64,000 nucleotides of DNA from Alphaproteobacteria bacterium UBA830. GTDB taxonomy: Bacteria > Pseudomonadota > Alphaproteobacteria > MPNO01 > UBA830. The stretch covers positions 135,898-199,897 of the forward strand of contig DBHK01000025.1 of assembly GCA_002295635.1 (NCBI GenBank). Reading direction: 5' to 3'. Positions 27,516 through 37,019 of this stretch are shown here, in pieces (position 1 is the first letter of the stretch; every line of letters starts with the position of its first letter). Below the pieces are notes generated by a model. It saw only the letters and a list, made by a program, of their open reading frames with translations, searched no databases and was not told the DNA's origin. The translations under genes and the position numbers were made by a program.

Positions 27516-29966
27516 CTAGTTATCGCGGCTATCGATATCCCTGGCCATAACTTGACGTTTTCCAGCGTGGTTAGCTTTGCTAATCACGCCTTCCGCTTCC
27601 ATTCGTTCGATAATACGCGCAGCACGGTTGTAGCCAATTTGCAGATGCCGCTGCACGAAGCTAGTCGACGCCTTGCGTTCGCGGCAGACCACCGCAACGG
27701 CCCGGTCATACATCTCCTCGTCCGCTCCCCCGGTGCTAGTAACGTCTCCTGATGGAATAAATGGACTATCGTGTTCGCCCTCGGTCACCTCGTCAATATA
27801 TTCCGGTGGGGCCTGTTCCCGCATGAAAGTCACCACTCGTTCCACTGCTTCGTCAGACACAAATGGTCCATGAACACGGCCTATGCGACCACCTCCGGCC
27901 ATATAAAGCATGTCACCTTGACCTAGTAGTTGTTCGGCCCCACCCTCGCCCAGAATCGTTCGGCTATCAATCTTGGATGTCACTTGGAAGGAGATCCGAG
28001 TTGGGAAATTAGCTTTGATCGTGCCAGTGATTACGTCCACAGACGGCCGCTGCGTCGCCATAATAAGATGAATACCAGCCGCGCGGGCCATCTGCGCCAG
28101 CCGTTGAACGGCCGCCTCGACCTCCTTGCCCGCAACCATCATCAAATCTGCCATTTCGTCAACTATAACGACGATGTATGGTAGCGGTTTCATTTCGTAA
28201 GCTTGTTCTTCGTATATTGGCTCACCGCTCTCCGGGTCGAAACCGGTCTGAATTGTGCGCATCAGCGTCTCACCCTTTTTTAAAGCATCGGCGATACGCT
28301 GATTGTAACCGTTAATATTTCGGACGCCGAGATGAGACATCGCGCGGTACCGATCTTCCATCTCCCGCACAGCCCATCGAAGGGCGATGACTGCCTTCGC
28401 AGGATCGGTCACTACTGGAGAAAGCAGATGAGGGATGTCGTCGTAGACCGAAAGTTCCAGCATTTTTGGATCAATCATGATAAACTTACATTGCTCCGGG
28501 GTCAGGCGGTAAAGAAGCGACATAATCATTGTGTTGACGGCAACCGATTTCCCAGACCCGGTAGTCCCCGCGATCAGCAGGTGTGGCATTCGAGCTAAGT
28601 CGACCATGGTGGGAGAACCGCCAATATCTTTACCAAGCACCAATGTGAGTGCGCCGGAATGTTTTTCATAGTCCTTGGACTCAACAAGCTCACGCAGGGC
28701 CACTAGCTCGCGCCGTAAGTTCGGTAGCTCGATCCCGATCACATTCTTACCAGGCACTACGGCGACACGCACTGAGACAGCGCTCATCGAGCGAGCTATA
28801 TCGTCAGCAAGGCTGATAACGCGAGACGATTTGGTACCCGGTGCTGGCTCGAGCTCGTACAGCGTGACAACCGGCCCGGGACGGACCTTAACTATTCGTC
28901 CATTAACGCCGAAATCTTCCAGCACTGATTCCAACAACCTTGCGTTTTCTGTTAGTGCTTCCTCATCTTGCTTGCTCTCGTCTTTTTCGGCAGGCGCCTC
29001 GTCCAAAACGTCTAGCGGTGGCAGACTGTATTCGCCGGTGCCTAGGTCTAGGACCTGCTGATCCGATTCAAAGGCTCTCTTTCCAGCAGCCGGCTTTTTG
29101 CGCTTAGCGGCGACAATTTTTCTTCTGCTTGCCGTCGCGTGATCATTTTCCGTAGCGGTTTTATACCTCTTATCAAGAACGGGCTCACGCCGTCCACCCC
29201 CCAAATCGTCAGCTAAATTGGGCGCCAACTCATAAACAGTATGACTATTGGAGGATGAAAATCTAATACTGCGGAAAGCTTTAATCGAGGCGCCCACAAT
29301 AATCCCTGCCGCCCGCCCCGACCATCTCCCAACCATGAGACTGGTACGAGCTGAGTATTCGCTGGCGTGTAAGGCGTTACGTATTCCGTTGATCCATTCT
29401 TGGCGAGAAATGCCGAGCGCACAAACCAGTGCGCTGAACGCAAAGACAGCCAGAGCAAACACGAGCACCCAGAGCGGCAATTTCGCTGCTTCTGTTAGTG
29501 GGATGATATCTTTAAGAAGAACGGCGCCGGTCACGCCGCCGAGGCCAACCTTGACTGGCCAAACTTCAGGTGCACCAGCAAAGGCGAATGCCATGGCAGA
29601 AAGCAAAAGGGCGACTGGTAAGGAGGTAAAACGGAACCAGAAACGGCCCATTTTGAGATGTCGCGTAACCCGCCATCCCCAAACCATAAAAACTAATCCC
29701 GGCAAAAAAGCGGAAAGGCCTATGCTTTGTATCAAGATATCTGCAATCCAGGCGCCGGTGAATCCTAAGGGGTTGCCAGCCTCGCGTGCGACGGCATGGT
29801 TCCAGGATGGATCGGTGGAATCGTACCCGATTATACAAATCGTTAACGCGGCACCAAAAACAAATATGATAACCCCGAAAATTTCTACCGCTCGGCGCTT
29901 AAAAAAGGCTATTATCTCGGGGGGGAGGATGGTGTTGGCGCCGGCATTCCGGGTTCGTGTGGCCAT
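27516..29966 (-). CDS. ftsK: DNA translocase FtsK
   Basis: N-terminal TM helices are followed by the motor domain with Walker A AGTTGSGKSV and a DEMADLMM Walker B. The C-terminal gamma winged-helix region reads STSFVQRHLQIGYNRAARIIERME. Confidence 0.95.
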   Translation of the reverse strand: MATRTRNAGANTILPPEIIAFFKRRAVEIFGVIIFVFGAALTICIIGYDSTDPSWNHAVAREAGNPLGFTGAWIADILIQSIGLSAFLPGLVFMVWGWRVTRHLKMGRFWFRFTSLPVALLLSAMAFAFAGAPEVWPVKVGLGGVTGAVLLKDIIPLTEAAKLPLWVLVFALAVFAFSALVCALGISRQEWINGIRNALHASEYSARTSLMVGRWSGRAAGIIVGASIKAFRSIRFSSSNSHTVYELAPNLADDLGGGRREPVLDKRYKTATENDHATASRRKIVAAKRKKPAAGKRAFESDQQVLDLGTGEYSLPPLDVLDEAPAEKDESKQDEEALTENARLLESVLEDFGVNGRIVKVRPGPVVTLYELEPAPGTKSSRVISLADDIARSMSAVSVRVAVVPGKNVIGIELPNLRRELVALRELVESKDYEKHSGALTLVLGKDIGGSPTMVDLARMPHLLIAGTTGSGKSVAVNTMIMSLLYRLTPEQCKFIMIDPKMLELSVYDDIPHLLSPVVTDPAKAVIALRWAVREMEDRYRAMSHLGVRNINGYNQRIADALKKGETLMRTIQTGFDPESGEPIYEEQAYEMKPLPYIVVIVDEMADLMMVAGKEVEAAVQRLAQMARAAGIHLIMATQRPSVDVITGTIKANFPTRISFQVTSKIDSRTILGEGGAEQLLGQGDMLYMAGGGRIGRVHGPFVSDEAVERVVTFMREQAPPEYIDEVTEGEHDSPFIPSGDVTSTGGADEEMYDRAVAVVCRERKASTSFVQRHLQIGYNRAARIIERMEAEGVISKANHAGKRQVMARDIDSRDN

Positions 29967-29982
29967 TATCAGTTCTCCATTC

Positions 29983-31173
29983 CTACAAAACTCTCTCTAA
30001 GCGGTTAAGTGCATCAGCAGTTGTATCGTTATCGTGGACGAGGGCGAGGCGAATGTAGCCTGCGCCGGGGTGAGTGCCACCGACTTCCCGGGCGAGATAC
30101 TCTCCTGGTATTACTCGTACACCAGCATCCCGCCATAAACGCATAGCCGCTTCTTCACCGTTACCAACCTCAAGCCACAAATAGAATCCGCCCTCGGGTT
30201 TGTAGTAACCAGATCTCTTTGAGAGGATGCTAGCAGCTATCTCGTATTTTTCGGCATATAAAGCGCGGGTGGCTATTACGTGCTCTTCATCTGACCACAG
30301 CGCTGATGCTGCGGCCAAAAGCGGCAGAGGCGGCGGGGCACCGCCATAATCCCGTAGCCGGGCAAACCTGCGGATCAGGTCAGGATCACCTGCAACGAAT
30401 CCTGACCTAAGTCCTGGCGCGCTCGATCGCTTGGATAATGAATTCATAACTGCGACGTTTCGAAAACTACCGTCCAATGCGGCGCAGGCCTCGGCTGCGC
30501 CGGTGGGCGGTTTGCCAAAGTATAACTCGCTATAACATTCGTCCGAAACCAAAAGAAAATCGTAATCGCGCGCCAGGCCGACAAGGGATTGCATCGTTTC
30601 CATTGGTGCAATCGCTCCCTGGGGATTCGCGGGAGAGCAATAATAGGCAAGCGCCGTTCGGCTAAGGATTTCCTCGGGTAAGGCCGAAAAATCAGGCAGA
30701 AATCCATTCTCTTTTCCTGCAGATACAAGTATCGGCTCCGCACCGGCCATTACCGCTGCGCCGAGATAAACTTGGTAAAACGGGTTAGGCATCAGAACGA
30801 TCGGCTTTTTACCATCCTTGTGCTGAGGGACGGCAGCCAACGCTATCATGAACAGAGCTTCACGAGTTCCAGACACAGGGATGACCATAGTTTTACCCTC
30901 AACCATACCATCTGGTAAGCTGTATCGCCGGGTCAGCCAACCAGCGATGGTATCGCGCGCAGCCTCCGTACCTCTCATCGGCGGATATTTCGCCCACTCT
31001 GCAGCCTGCTTGGCGACCGTCTCGGCGAGGAATGCTGGCGGCGAATGTTGCGGCTCGCCTAATGACAGCGGAATTGGTGGCAGATCTGCTGGTGGCGCTA
31101 TATCACCAAGCAGTGCACGAAGTCGATCGAAAGGGTAGTCACCGATCACATCTAGGCGAGCATTTAATTGCAA
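29983..31173 (-). CDS. Class I/II PLP-dependent aminotransferase (DapC-like succinyldiaminopimelate transaminase candidate)
   Basis: The motifs are YPFDRL...LSLGEPQH, the PLP-lysine region NSLSKRSSAPGLRSGF, and PANPQG. The start is TTG. Confidence 0.75.
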   Translation of the reverse strand: MQLNARLDVIGDYPFDRLRALLGDIAPPADLPPIPLSLGEPQHSPPAFLAETVAKQAAEWAKYPPMRGTEAARDTIAGWLTRRYSLPDGMVEGKTMVIPVSGTREALFMIALAAVPQHKDGKKPIVLMPNPFYQVYLGAAVMAGAEPILVSAGKENGFLPDFSALPEEILSRTALAYYCSPANPQGAIAPMETMQSLVGLARDYDFLLVSDECYSELYFGKPPTGAAEACAALDGSFRNVAVMNSLSKRSSAPGLRSGFVAGDPDLIRRFARLRDYGGAPPPLPLLAAASALWSDEEHVIATRALYAEKYEIAASILSKRSGYYKPEGGFYLWLEVGNGEEAAMRLWRDAGVRVIPGEYLAREVGGTHPGAGYIRLALVHDNDTTADALNRLERVL

Positions 31174-31564
31174 GCTAAGTCTCCTGTTGACCCTGTTAGG
31201 GGTATCGCCAAGCCATAGTTCATAAATCTAATGTTCCCCTAAAATTCCATTCCTCGCGCTAAACGAGAACAAATCATAAAGATATTATCGCCCAAGCCTA
31301 TTACTGAGTTTCAGCCTTACCCTCAGATTCTACATCATCATGAGCAGCTAAGATACTGGCCTACAAGGGGTAGCGTGATTCGATTGGTTTCGGATCCGTA
31401 ACGAACATTACATGAACATAATAGTCCTAACAGCTGGCCTTACTACAAAAAACCGCCCAAATTACTGAAAAAGCTTCCCCGAAGCGTGATAGGGTTAATA
31501 ATGAGGGGTCGACGCAAGCGTTGGGATTGCGCATTTTGGAGACGTAATATTGTAAAGAGGTTTG

Positions 31565-31969
31565 ATGGGCCTAAAATACAAGGGAGTCGGCCTCGTGGGC
31601 GGCCGAGCACTCGGCGAAGCGCTCATAACCGTTGAGGGGATCGCGTTCAATCTCGGTGTGGATGAAAAAACTGGAATCGTGATCGAAACTGGCCACCCAT
31701 TGCTCGGAAAAAACATTGCTGGGCGCGTTCTAGTCTGCCGTTCGGGGAAAGGTTCGACAGCTGGCTCTTTCAGCCTTTTGCAATTAGCGAAACGGGGGCT
31801 CGCGCCGGCCGCAATAATAAATCTTCGCGCCGATGCAGTTATTATAGCCGGCTGTGTTATCGCTGAAATACCGCTGGTTCATCGCCTAGACACTGAAATT
31901 ACAGACCTGCCGCTCGGCACTTGGCTTTTTGTTGATGGTGAATTGGGCACTGTTGAGGTGTTGTCATGA
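31565..31969 (+). CDS. Aconitase X swivel-domain small subunit (DUF126)
   Basis: The pattern is GEALITVEGIAFNLGVDEKTGIV...GKNIAGRVLVCRSGKGSTAGSF. Its stop overlaps the start of the DUF521 gene. Confidence 0.75.
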   Translation: MGLKYKGVGLVGGRALGEALITVEGIAFNLGVDEKTGIVIETGHPLLGKNIAGRVLVCRSGKGSTAGSFSLLQLAKRGLAPAAIINLRADAVIIAGCVIAEIPLVHRLDTEITDLPLGTWLFVDGELGTVEVLS

Positions 31970-33183
31970 ACCTGACAACCGATCAGGAGGCAATGCTGGC
32001 CGGCAAAAAAGGCTGGCCTCTCCAGATTGCCATGAAAATGCTCGCAGCTGTCGGCAGAGCGCAAGATGCACCGGAACTTATCCCAGTTACTTCTGCACAT
32101 CTGGTCATTGACGGAACTGCTTTAGGCAAAGCAGGCGGTGATTTCCTGGAACGCCTTGTGGTAGAAGGTGGCCGTTTCGTCATTCCGACTTCGATCAATG
32201 CCATCGCTGTAGACCGAACGAAACCGCTGAAGACGGCGGAAGAAGAAAACCAGATCCGTATTCTCGAAGCATGCGAAAAGATGGGCGCGCTACCGAGCTG
32301 CTCCTGTAATCCGTTTATTCAGGGAATAGTGCCGTCGTTCGGTGAGCACGTCGCATGGAGCGAGTCCGCTACCGCTCCATACATAAATTCAGTTCTTGGG
32401 GCGAGGACTAACAGAGAGGGAGCAACCGCGGTTGCATCTGCACTGACAGGGCTTACCCCGCGGTACGGCATGCATCTCGAAGAAAATAGGCGGCCAAATG
32501 TGCTGATTCGCGTCGAAACCGATTTGGCAAGTGTCGATCAGTTTAGCTTGCTTGGTGCGCTAGTTGGTCGGCTTGCAGCGGAAAGAATACCCACCTTGGA
32601 GGGGCTGACTAGAATACCGTCGATTGACGATTACGTGTCGTTCAGCGCAGCGTATGCAATCCATAGTATGTCGGCAATATATCATTTCTCGGGAATTACG
32701 CCGGAGGCCAAGACCTTGGCCGACGCGTATAGCGAACCAGCACCATTGCCGATCATTATAGACGACGACGCGTTGGATGCCGAGCGGAGGAAAACAGCTA
32801 ACGGAAAAGAGGGCCCAGTCGACGTCGTTTCCATCGGCTGTCCACATGCTTCCATCGAACAGCTACGGGAAGCAGTCGAAAAAATCGAATCGTCGACGAA
32901 CTCCCCGGAAATCAAAGTTAAGTTTTACATCCACACTAACCGAACAACATATGATATTGCAGAAGCTGAGGGCTTAATCTCGGTCCTCTTAGACGCAGGG
33001 ATCACGGTAACGGCGGACAACTGCTCGGTTGTCTCTTATGATAAGTTGATTAAAGGGGTGCGGCTAGCGACAAACTCAACGAAGATGGCGCTTTTCGCCA
33101 AATCGGTTTGCAATGCGGAAATACTTTTTGGAAGCACCCAGGAATGTATCGACGCTGGACTTAGCGGAATTTGGAAGGGTTGA
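31966..33183 (+). CDS. Aconitase X catalytic large subunit (DUF521)
   Basis: The N-terminus is MNLTTDQEAMLAGKKG. Conserved Cys-containing motifs are present: SCSCNPF, GCPHAS and ADNCSVV. Confidence 0.8.
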   Translation: MNLTTDQEAMLAGKKGWPLQIAMKMLAAVGRAQDAPELIPVTSAHLVIDGTALGKAGGDFLERLVVEGGRFVIPTSINAIAVDRTKPLKTAEEENQIRILEACEKMGALPSCSCNPFIQGIVPSFGEHVAWSESATAPYINSVLGARTNREGATAVASALTGLTPRYGMHLEENRRPNVLIRVETDLASVDQFSLLGALVGRLAAERIPTLEGLTRIPSIDDYVSFSAAYAIHSMSAIYHFSGITPEAKTLADAYSEPAPLPIIIDDDALDAERRKTANGKEGPVDVVSIGCPHASIEQLREAVEKIESSTNSPEIKVKFYIHTNRTTYDIAEAEGLISVLLDAGITVTADNCSVVSYDKLIKGVRLATNSTKMALFAKSVCNAEILFGSTQECIDAGLSGIWKG

Positions 33184-33956
33184 TGGAACTTTCAGGCATA
33201 CAGGACGCGGGCATCGTTATAACCGGCGCGGCACAGGGGATCGGTGAAGCAATAGCGCGGCACTTGGCTGCGGGCGGTGCCCAACTAGCATTGATCGATC
33301 GACAAGCGAATGCCGTTGGTCAAGTCGCCGCCGAGTTATCTGCCACAGCTATCGAGGCAGATCAAACCGACGAGACATCCGTAAACGCAGCTATAGATAT
33401 AGCTGAGAAAAAACTCGCCGGCGGTATTTCTGGTATGGTCAATGTGGCCGGCATTCAGAAGCTCAATCCATTGATTGACCAGTCTACGGAGGATTTCGAT
33501 AACCACTTTGCCGTCAACCTTCGCGGCACATGGCTCGCAACCCGCGCAGCCGCCCGCTATATGGCGAAACGCAAGTCCGGCGCGATTGTGACGATTTCGT
33601 CTAATGCAGCTCGTGTTCCCCGCGTCCGGCAGGGCGCCTATTGCGCATCCAAAGCGGGTATAAGCCACCTTATGCGCGTGTTTGCCTTGGAATTGGGCCC
33701 ACTGGGGATTCGAGTCAACACCGTGGCCCCGGGCGCAACGGAAACCCCGATGATCCATCGTATGATGGAAGATATGGGCTTTGGCAAAGTATTGCTTGAG
33801 GGCGATTTAGATAATTTTCGTGCTGGCGTGCCTTTGGGACGGATCGCATCAGTTGATGACGTTGCCGACGCCGTCACCTTCTTACTCTCCGACCAGTCGA
33901 GATACATCACTATGCACGAGATGGTGGTAGACGGCGGCGCCGCGTTAGGAGCCTGA
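33183..33956 (+). CDS. Short-chain dehydrogenase/reductase (classical SDR)
   Basis: The motifs are TGAAQGIGEA, NVAGI, the catalytic YCASKAG, and PGATETP. The ATG at 33183 shares one nucleotide with the upstream TGA. Confidence 0.85.
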   Translation: MELSGIQDAGIVITGAAQGIGEAIARHLAAGGAQLALIDRQANAVGQVAAELSATAIEADQTDETSVNAAIDIAEKKLAGGISGMVNVAGIQKLNPLIDQSTEDFDNHFAVNLRGTWLATRAAARYMAKRKSGAIVTISSNAARVPRVRQGAYCASKAGISHLMRVFALELGPLGIRVNTVAPGATETPMIHRMMEDMGFGKVLLEGDLDNFRAGVPLGRIASVDDVADAVTFLLSDQSRYITMHEMVVDGGAALGA

Positions 33957-33962
33957 CCAGTC

Positions 33963-34676
33963 ATGCAGCTAGACGGCAAAACAGCCCTTATCGCTGGTGC
34001 TTCGGAAGGTGTGGGTCGCGAGACTGCGCTTCTATTTGCCGCAGCCGGATCAACCGTTATTGCTGTCTCTCGTAGCGCGAATGCTTTGGAGAAGCTTGCC
34101 GCCGAGACCGATGGACTGATAAGGTCGATCCCCGGAGACCTGACAGATGGTGGCTTTGTCGATCATCTTTCCAAAGAAGCGGGCGACGTAGATATTCTCG
34201 TCAACTCAGCGGGCCGGACCGCGCATGCGCCTTTTCTTGAGTCTGATCCAGATATGTGGCGCGACGCGTGGGAACTTAACGTCAACGCCCTGCTACGACT
34301 GAGCCAGGCGGTGGCCCGCGGTATGGTAGAACGCCGCCGTGGCCATATTATCAATATTTCATCGGTTCTTGCGCGGCAGGTGTATCCGCTAACTATGGTA
34401 TATGCGGCGACTAAACACGCAACGGCGGCGATTACCCGGGGCATGCGGATCGAACTTGCCGAATATGGCGTACGGGTGACGGAGATCGCGCCGGGATTAC
34501 TTGACACTGGGCTTATGGCGCAAGCTGTTCACCCGGAAGTGGTGGCCGCTTACGCCAAACGGAAAGGCAAGCGCTTAGCGGCAAAGGAGGTGGCTACGGC
34601 CATCTTGTATGCAGCAAGCACTGATCCTGGAACGGCGCCCGAACTGATCGCCTTAAACCCACACAACCAGATCTAA
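33963..34676 (+). CDS. Short-chain dehydrogenase/reductase (classical SDR)
   Basis: The motifs are AGASEGVGRE, NSAG and the catalytic YAATKHA. Confidence 0.85.
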   Translation: MQLDGKTALIAGASEGVGRETALLFAAAGSTVIAVSRSANALEKLAAETDGLIRSIPGDLTDGGFVDHLSKEAGDVDILVNSAGRTAHAPFLESDPDMWRDAWELNVNALLRLSQAVARGMVERRRGHIINISSVLARQVYPLTMVYAATKHATAAITRGMRIELAEYGVRVTEIAPGLLDTGLMAQAVHPEVVAAYAKRKGKRLAAKEVATAILYAASTDPGTAPELIALNPHNQI

Positions 34677-34700
34677 TACTGCGGAGAGAGGATAATAAAA

Positions 34701-35453
34701 ATGGATATGGAATTGGCCAACAAGGTCGCTTGGGTGACCGGCGCAACCGGCGCTATTGGACACGAAATTGCCATGAGCTTCGCCCGCGAAGGCGCAAAAG
34801 TAGCTGTGTCCGCTCGGACGGAGGGAGCGCTTCACTCGTTAGTTAGAGAGATCGAGAGCTCTGGCGGTAATGCGATTGCCGTCAGCCTAGATGTCACCAA
34901 CTCCGTAGATGTGAAAGCAGGGGCTGAGAAGATTGTTTCAGAAATGGGTGCGATCGAAATCCTCGCGACCACAGTTGCCGTGCCTGCCTTCGGTCCCTTC
35001 CTAGAGATCGACGGCGATATTTTTCGGCAAGCGCTGGAAGTAAAATATCTCGGCTACATCAACTGTTTCCAGGCGGTGTTGCCACACATGGTAAAGCAAG
35101 GGGCCGGATCAATCGTGGCCATCACCGGTACAGGCGGCAAGCTCCCGATCAACATCCACCTACCCGGCGGTAGCGTGAACGCTGCGCTGAACCTGGTGCT
35201 CAAGGGACTAGCAAACGAGTACGGGCCGCAAAATATCCGCGTAAACGCAGCATCACCGGGCCCCATCATGTCCGAACGCCAGCAACAGATGATTGATGCC
35301 GGTATGGGCGACCCGGCCAAGGGTATTCCGCTCGGCCGCCTTGGGAAAGCCGCCGAAGTGGCAGATGCAGTTACTTTTTTGGCAAGCGCCCGAGCGAACT
35401 ATATAACCGGTCAGGTGCTTTCGCTAGACGGCGGCGGGATTAAAGCCCTATAA
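34701..35453 (+). CDS. SDR-fold protein lacking the canonical YxxxK catalytic motif
   Basis: The TGATGAIGHE cofactor loop and the RVNAASPGPI motif are present. Where Y-x3-K is expected, the sequence reads GGSVNAAL. Confidence 0.75.
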   Translation: MDMELANKVAWVTGATGAIGHEIAMSFAREGAKVAVSARTEGALHSLVREIESSGGNAIAVSLDVTNSVDVKAGAEKIVSEMGAIEILATTVAVPAFGPFLEIDGDIFRQALEVKYLGYINCFQAVLPHMVKQGAGSIVAITGTGGKLPINIHLPGGSVNAALNLVLKGLANEYGPQNIRVNAASPGPIMSERQQQMIDAGMGDPAKGIPLGRLGKAAEVADAVTFLASARANYITGQVLSLDGGGIKAL

Positions 35454-35541
35454 GAATTATATTTCTGGCATGAAGTAAGTATCTTCAAAGCATATCGTAT
35501 TCAAAAACTCATATTCGAGAAAATCGTATAATCCAGCCACG

Positions 35542-36234
35542 TCAACGAATAAGTCGATAACCTCCGGGTTCGGTAACTAAAATGTCGGCATTTGACGGAT
35601 CTCGCTCGATTTTCTGGCGCAAACGATAAACGTGGGTCTCCAAGGTGTGGGTCGCAACGCCGGAATTGTATCCCCAAATTTCATTCAGTAAAACCTCTCT
35701 GCTAATGACGCTCTCCTCGGCCCAGAATAGATATTTAAGAATTTCTGCTTCCTTTTCTGTCAAACGAATTCTGCCACCCTCATTTTTTCGATCAATTATC
35801 TTCTTGGTCGCCGGGTGGAAGGAATACGGGCCAAAGTCAAAGCTTCCATCTTTACTACTCCCGTTCCGCCGAAGCTGTGTGCGTAGACAAACCAGAAGCT
35901 TCTCAAGCTTGAAAGGTTTTGTAATGTAGTCGTTGGCACCGTAAACCGCGCCGATAATGTTATCAGCTTCAGTGTCCGCTCCAGTCAGCATTACCATGGG
36001 TTGGTTCATGCCGGCTTGGCGCATTATTTTGCATAGATCGCGACCATCTACGTCGGGCAGACTGATATCCAAAACCACTATCTCATAATTAGAATCTTTA
36101 ATTAGTTCGAGAGCCTCTTTGCCATTTGAGGCTTCATCAACTTTAAATTCGTTGTGGAGCTCCAATTGGTCGCGCAAAATATCCCGAAGAACTTCATCTT
36201 CATCGACCAGAAGGAGACTTACTTCTTTAATCAT
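35542..36234 (-). CDS. OmpR/PhoB-family response regulator (orphan)
   Basis: The receiver domain carries LLLVDEDE and the phospho-acceptor context VVLDISLPDVDG, plus KPF. The C-terminal winged helix reads LTEKEAEILKYL...THVYRLRQKI. No kinase gene is adjacent. Confidence 0.85.
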   Translation of the reverse strand: MIKEVSLLLVDEDEVLRDILRDQLELHNEFKVDEASNGKEALELIKDSNYEIVVLDISLPDVDGRDLCKIMRQAGMNQPMVMLTGADTEADNIIGAVYGANDYITKPFKLEKLLVCLRTQLRRNGSSKDGSFDFGPYSFHPATKKIIDRKNEGGRIRLTEKEAEILKYLFWAEESVISREVLLNEIWGYNSGVATHTLETHVYRLRQKIERDPSNADILVTEPGGYRLIR

Positions 36235-36470
36235 TTCTCAGCTTTTTCCGCTGGTTAGGGCATCATCTGCGCCGGCCTGATTTGATATCAAGGCCATCAT
36301 AATCGAGATCGCCCCGCCTTGTGAGGGTGTTATTGAAAAGTTACCAGACATATCACAATGACCTACAATAAATTACACCTCACTGGCCTGATCAAGGATA
36401 CAATTTCCTATTTCTTTAGCTTACAAGCAAATCAACTTCAAACGACGCGCTCTTCATTTTATAAAACTGC

Positions 36471-36980
36471 ATGGATCTAATCGTCTCAGCAGACGGGAAC
36501 GCGCGTTTTGGCGACACTGTTTATAGGTGCGCCATCGGGCGCAAGGGTATTCGATCAGACAAAACCGAGGGAGACGGAGCCAGCCCATCTGGAAGGTATA
36601 AGCTTTTGCAGGTGCTTTATCGAGAGGAGCGCCTTAGCGCCCCAGATACGGCGCTCTCCGTCGTCGCCCTGTCCGAGGAGGATGGGTGGTGCGATGCACC
36701 TCAAGACCCTGCTTACAACCGTGCAGTTACGCTCCCCTATCCATCAAGTTGCGAACCCCTTTACCGAAACGACGCGCTCTACGACATTGTCGTCGTGACC
36801 GACCACAATACGAATCCTGTCGTGCCCGGGGATGGCAGTGCAATATTCCTTCACGTCGCCGGAGGCATACACTACCCACCTACGGACGGCTGCATCGCGT
36901 TCATTCAGCGTGATTTAAGTAAGATACTGGCTATCTGGAAGCCAGAGACCGATTATCTTGTCATCGGCAAAGGCCTCTGA
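36471..36980 (+). CDS. L,D-transpeptidase (YkuD) catalytic-domain family protein
   Basis: The motif GSAIFLHVAGGIHYPPTDGCIAF matches the His...Gly-Cys active-site arrangement of YkuD domains. I see no obvious signal peptide. Confidence 0.65.
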   Translation: MDLIVSADGNARFGDTVYRCAIGRKGIRSDKTEGDGASPSGRYKLLQVLYREERLSAPDTALSVVALSEEDGWCDAPQDPAYNRAVTLPYPSSCEPLYRNDALYDIVVVTDHNTNPVVPGDGSAIFLHVAGGIHYPPTDGCIAFIQRDLSKILAIWKPETDYLVIGKGL

Positions 36981-37019
36981 AAACTCCCGAACCGCTTGGT
37001 GCCGGCTCGGAAAGACAAA

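Noticed and set aside
29248-30000. A 250-aa ORF on the plus strand, inside and antisense to ftsK
   Set aside because: It lies entirely within the N-terminal membrane region of a well-supported ftsK gene. Its product is low-complexity and rich in Arg, Ala and Pro, which is typical of antisense shadow ORFs in GC-rich coding DNA. No RBS or recognisable domain is present.
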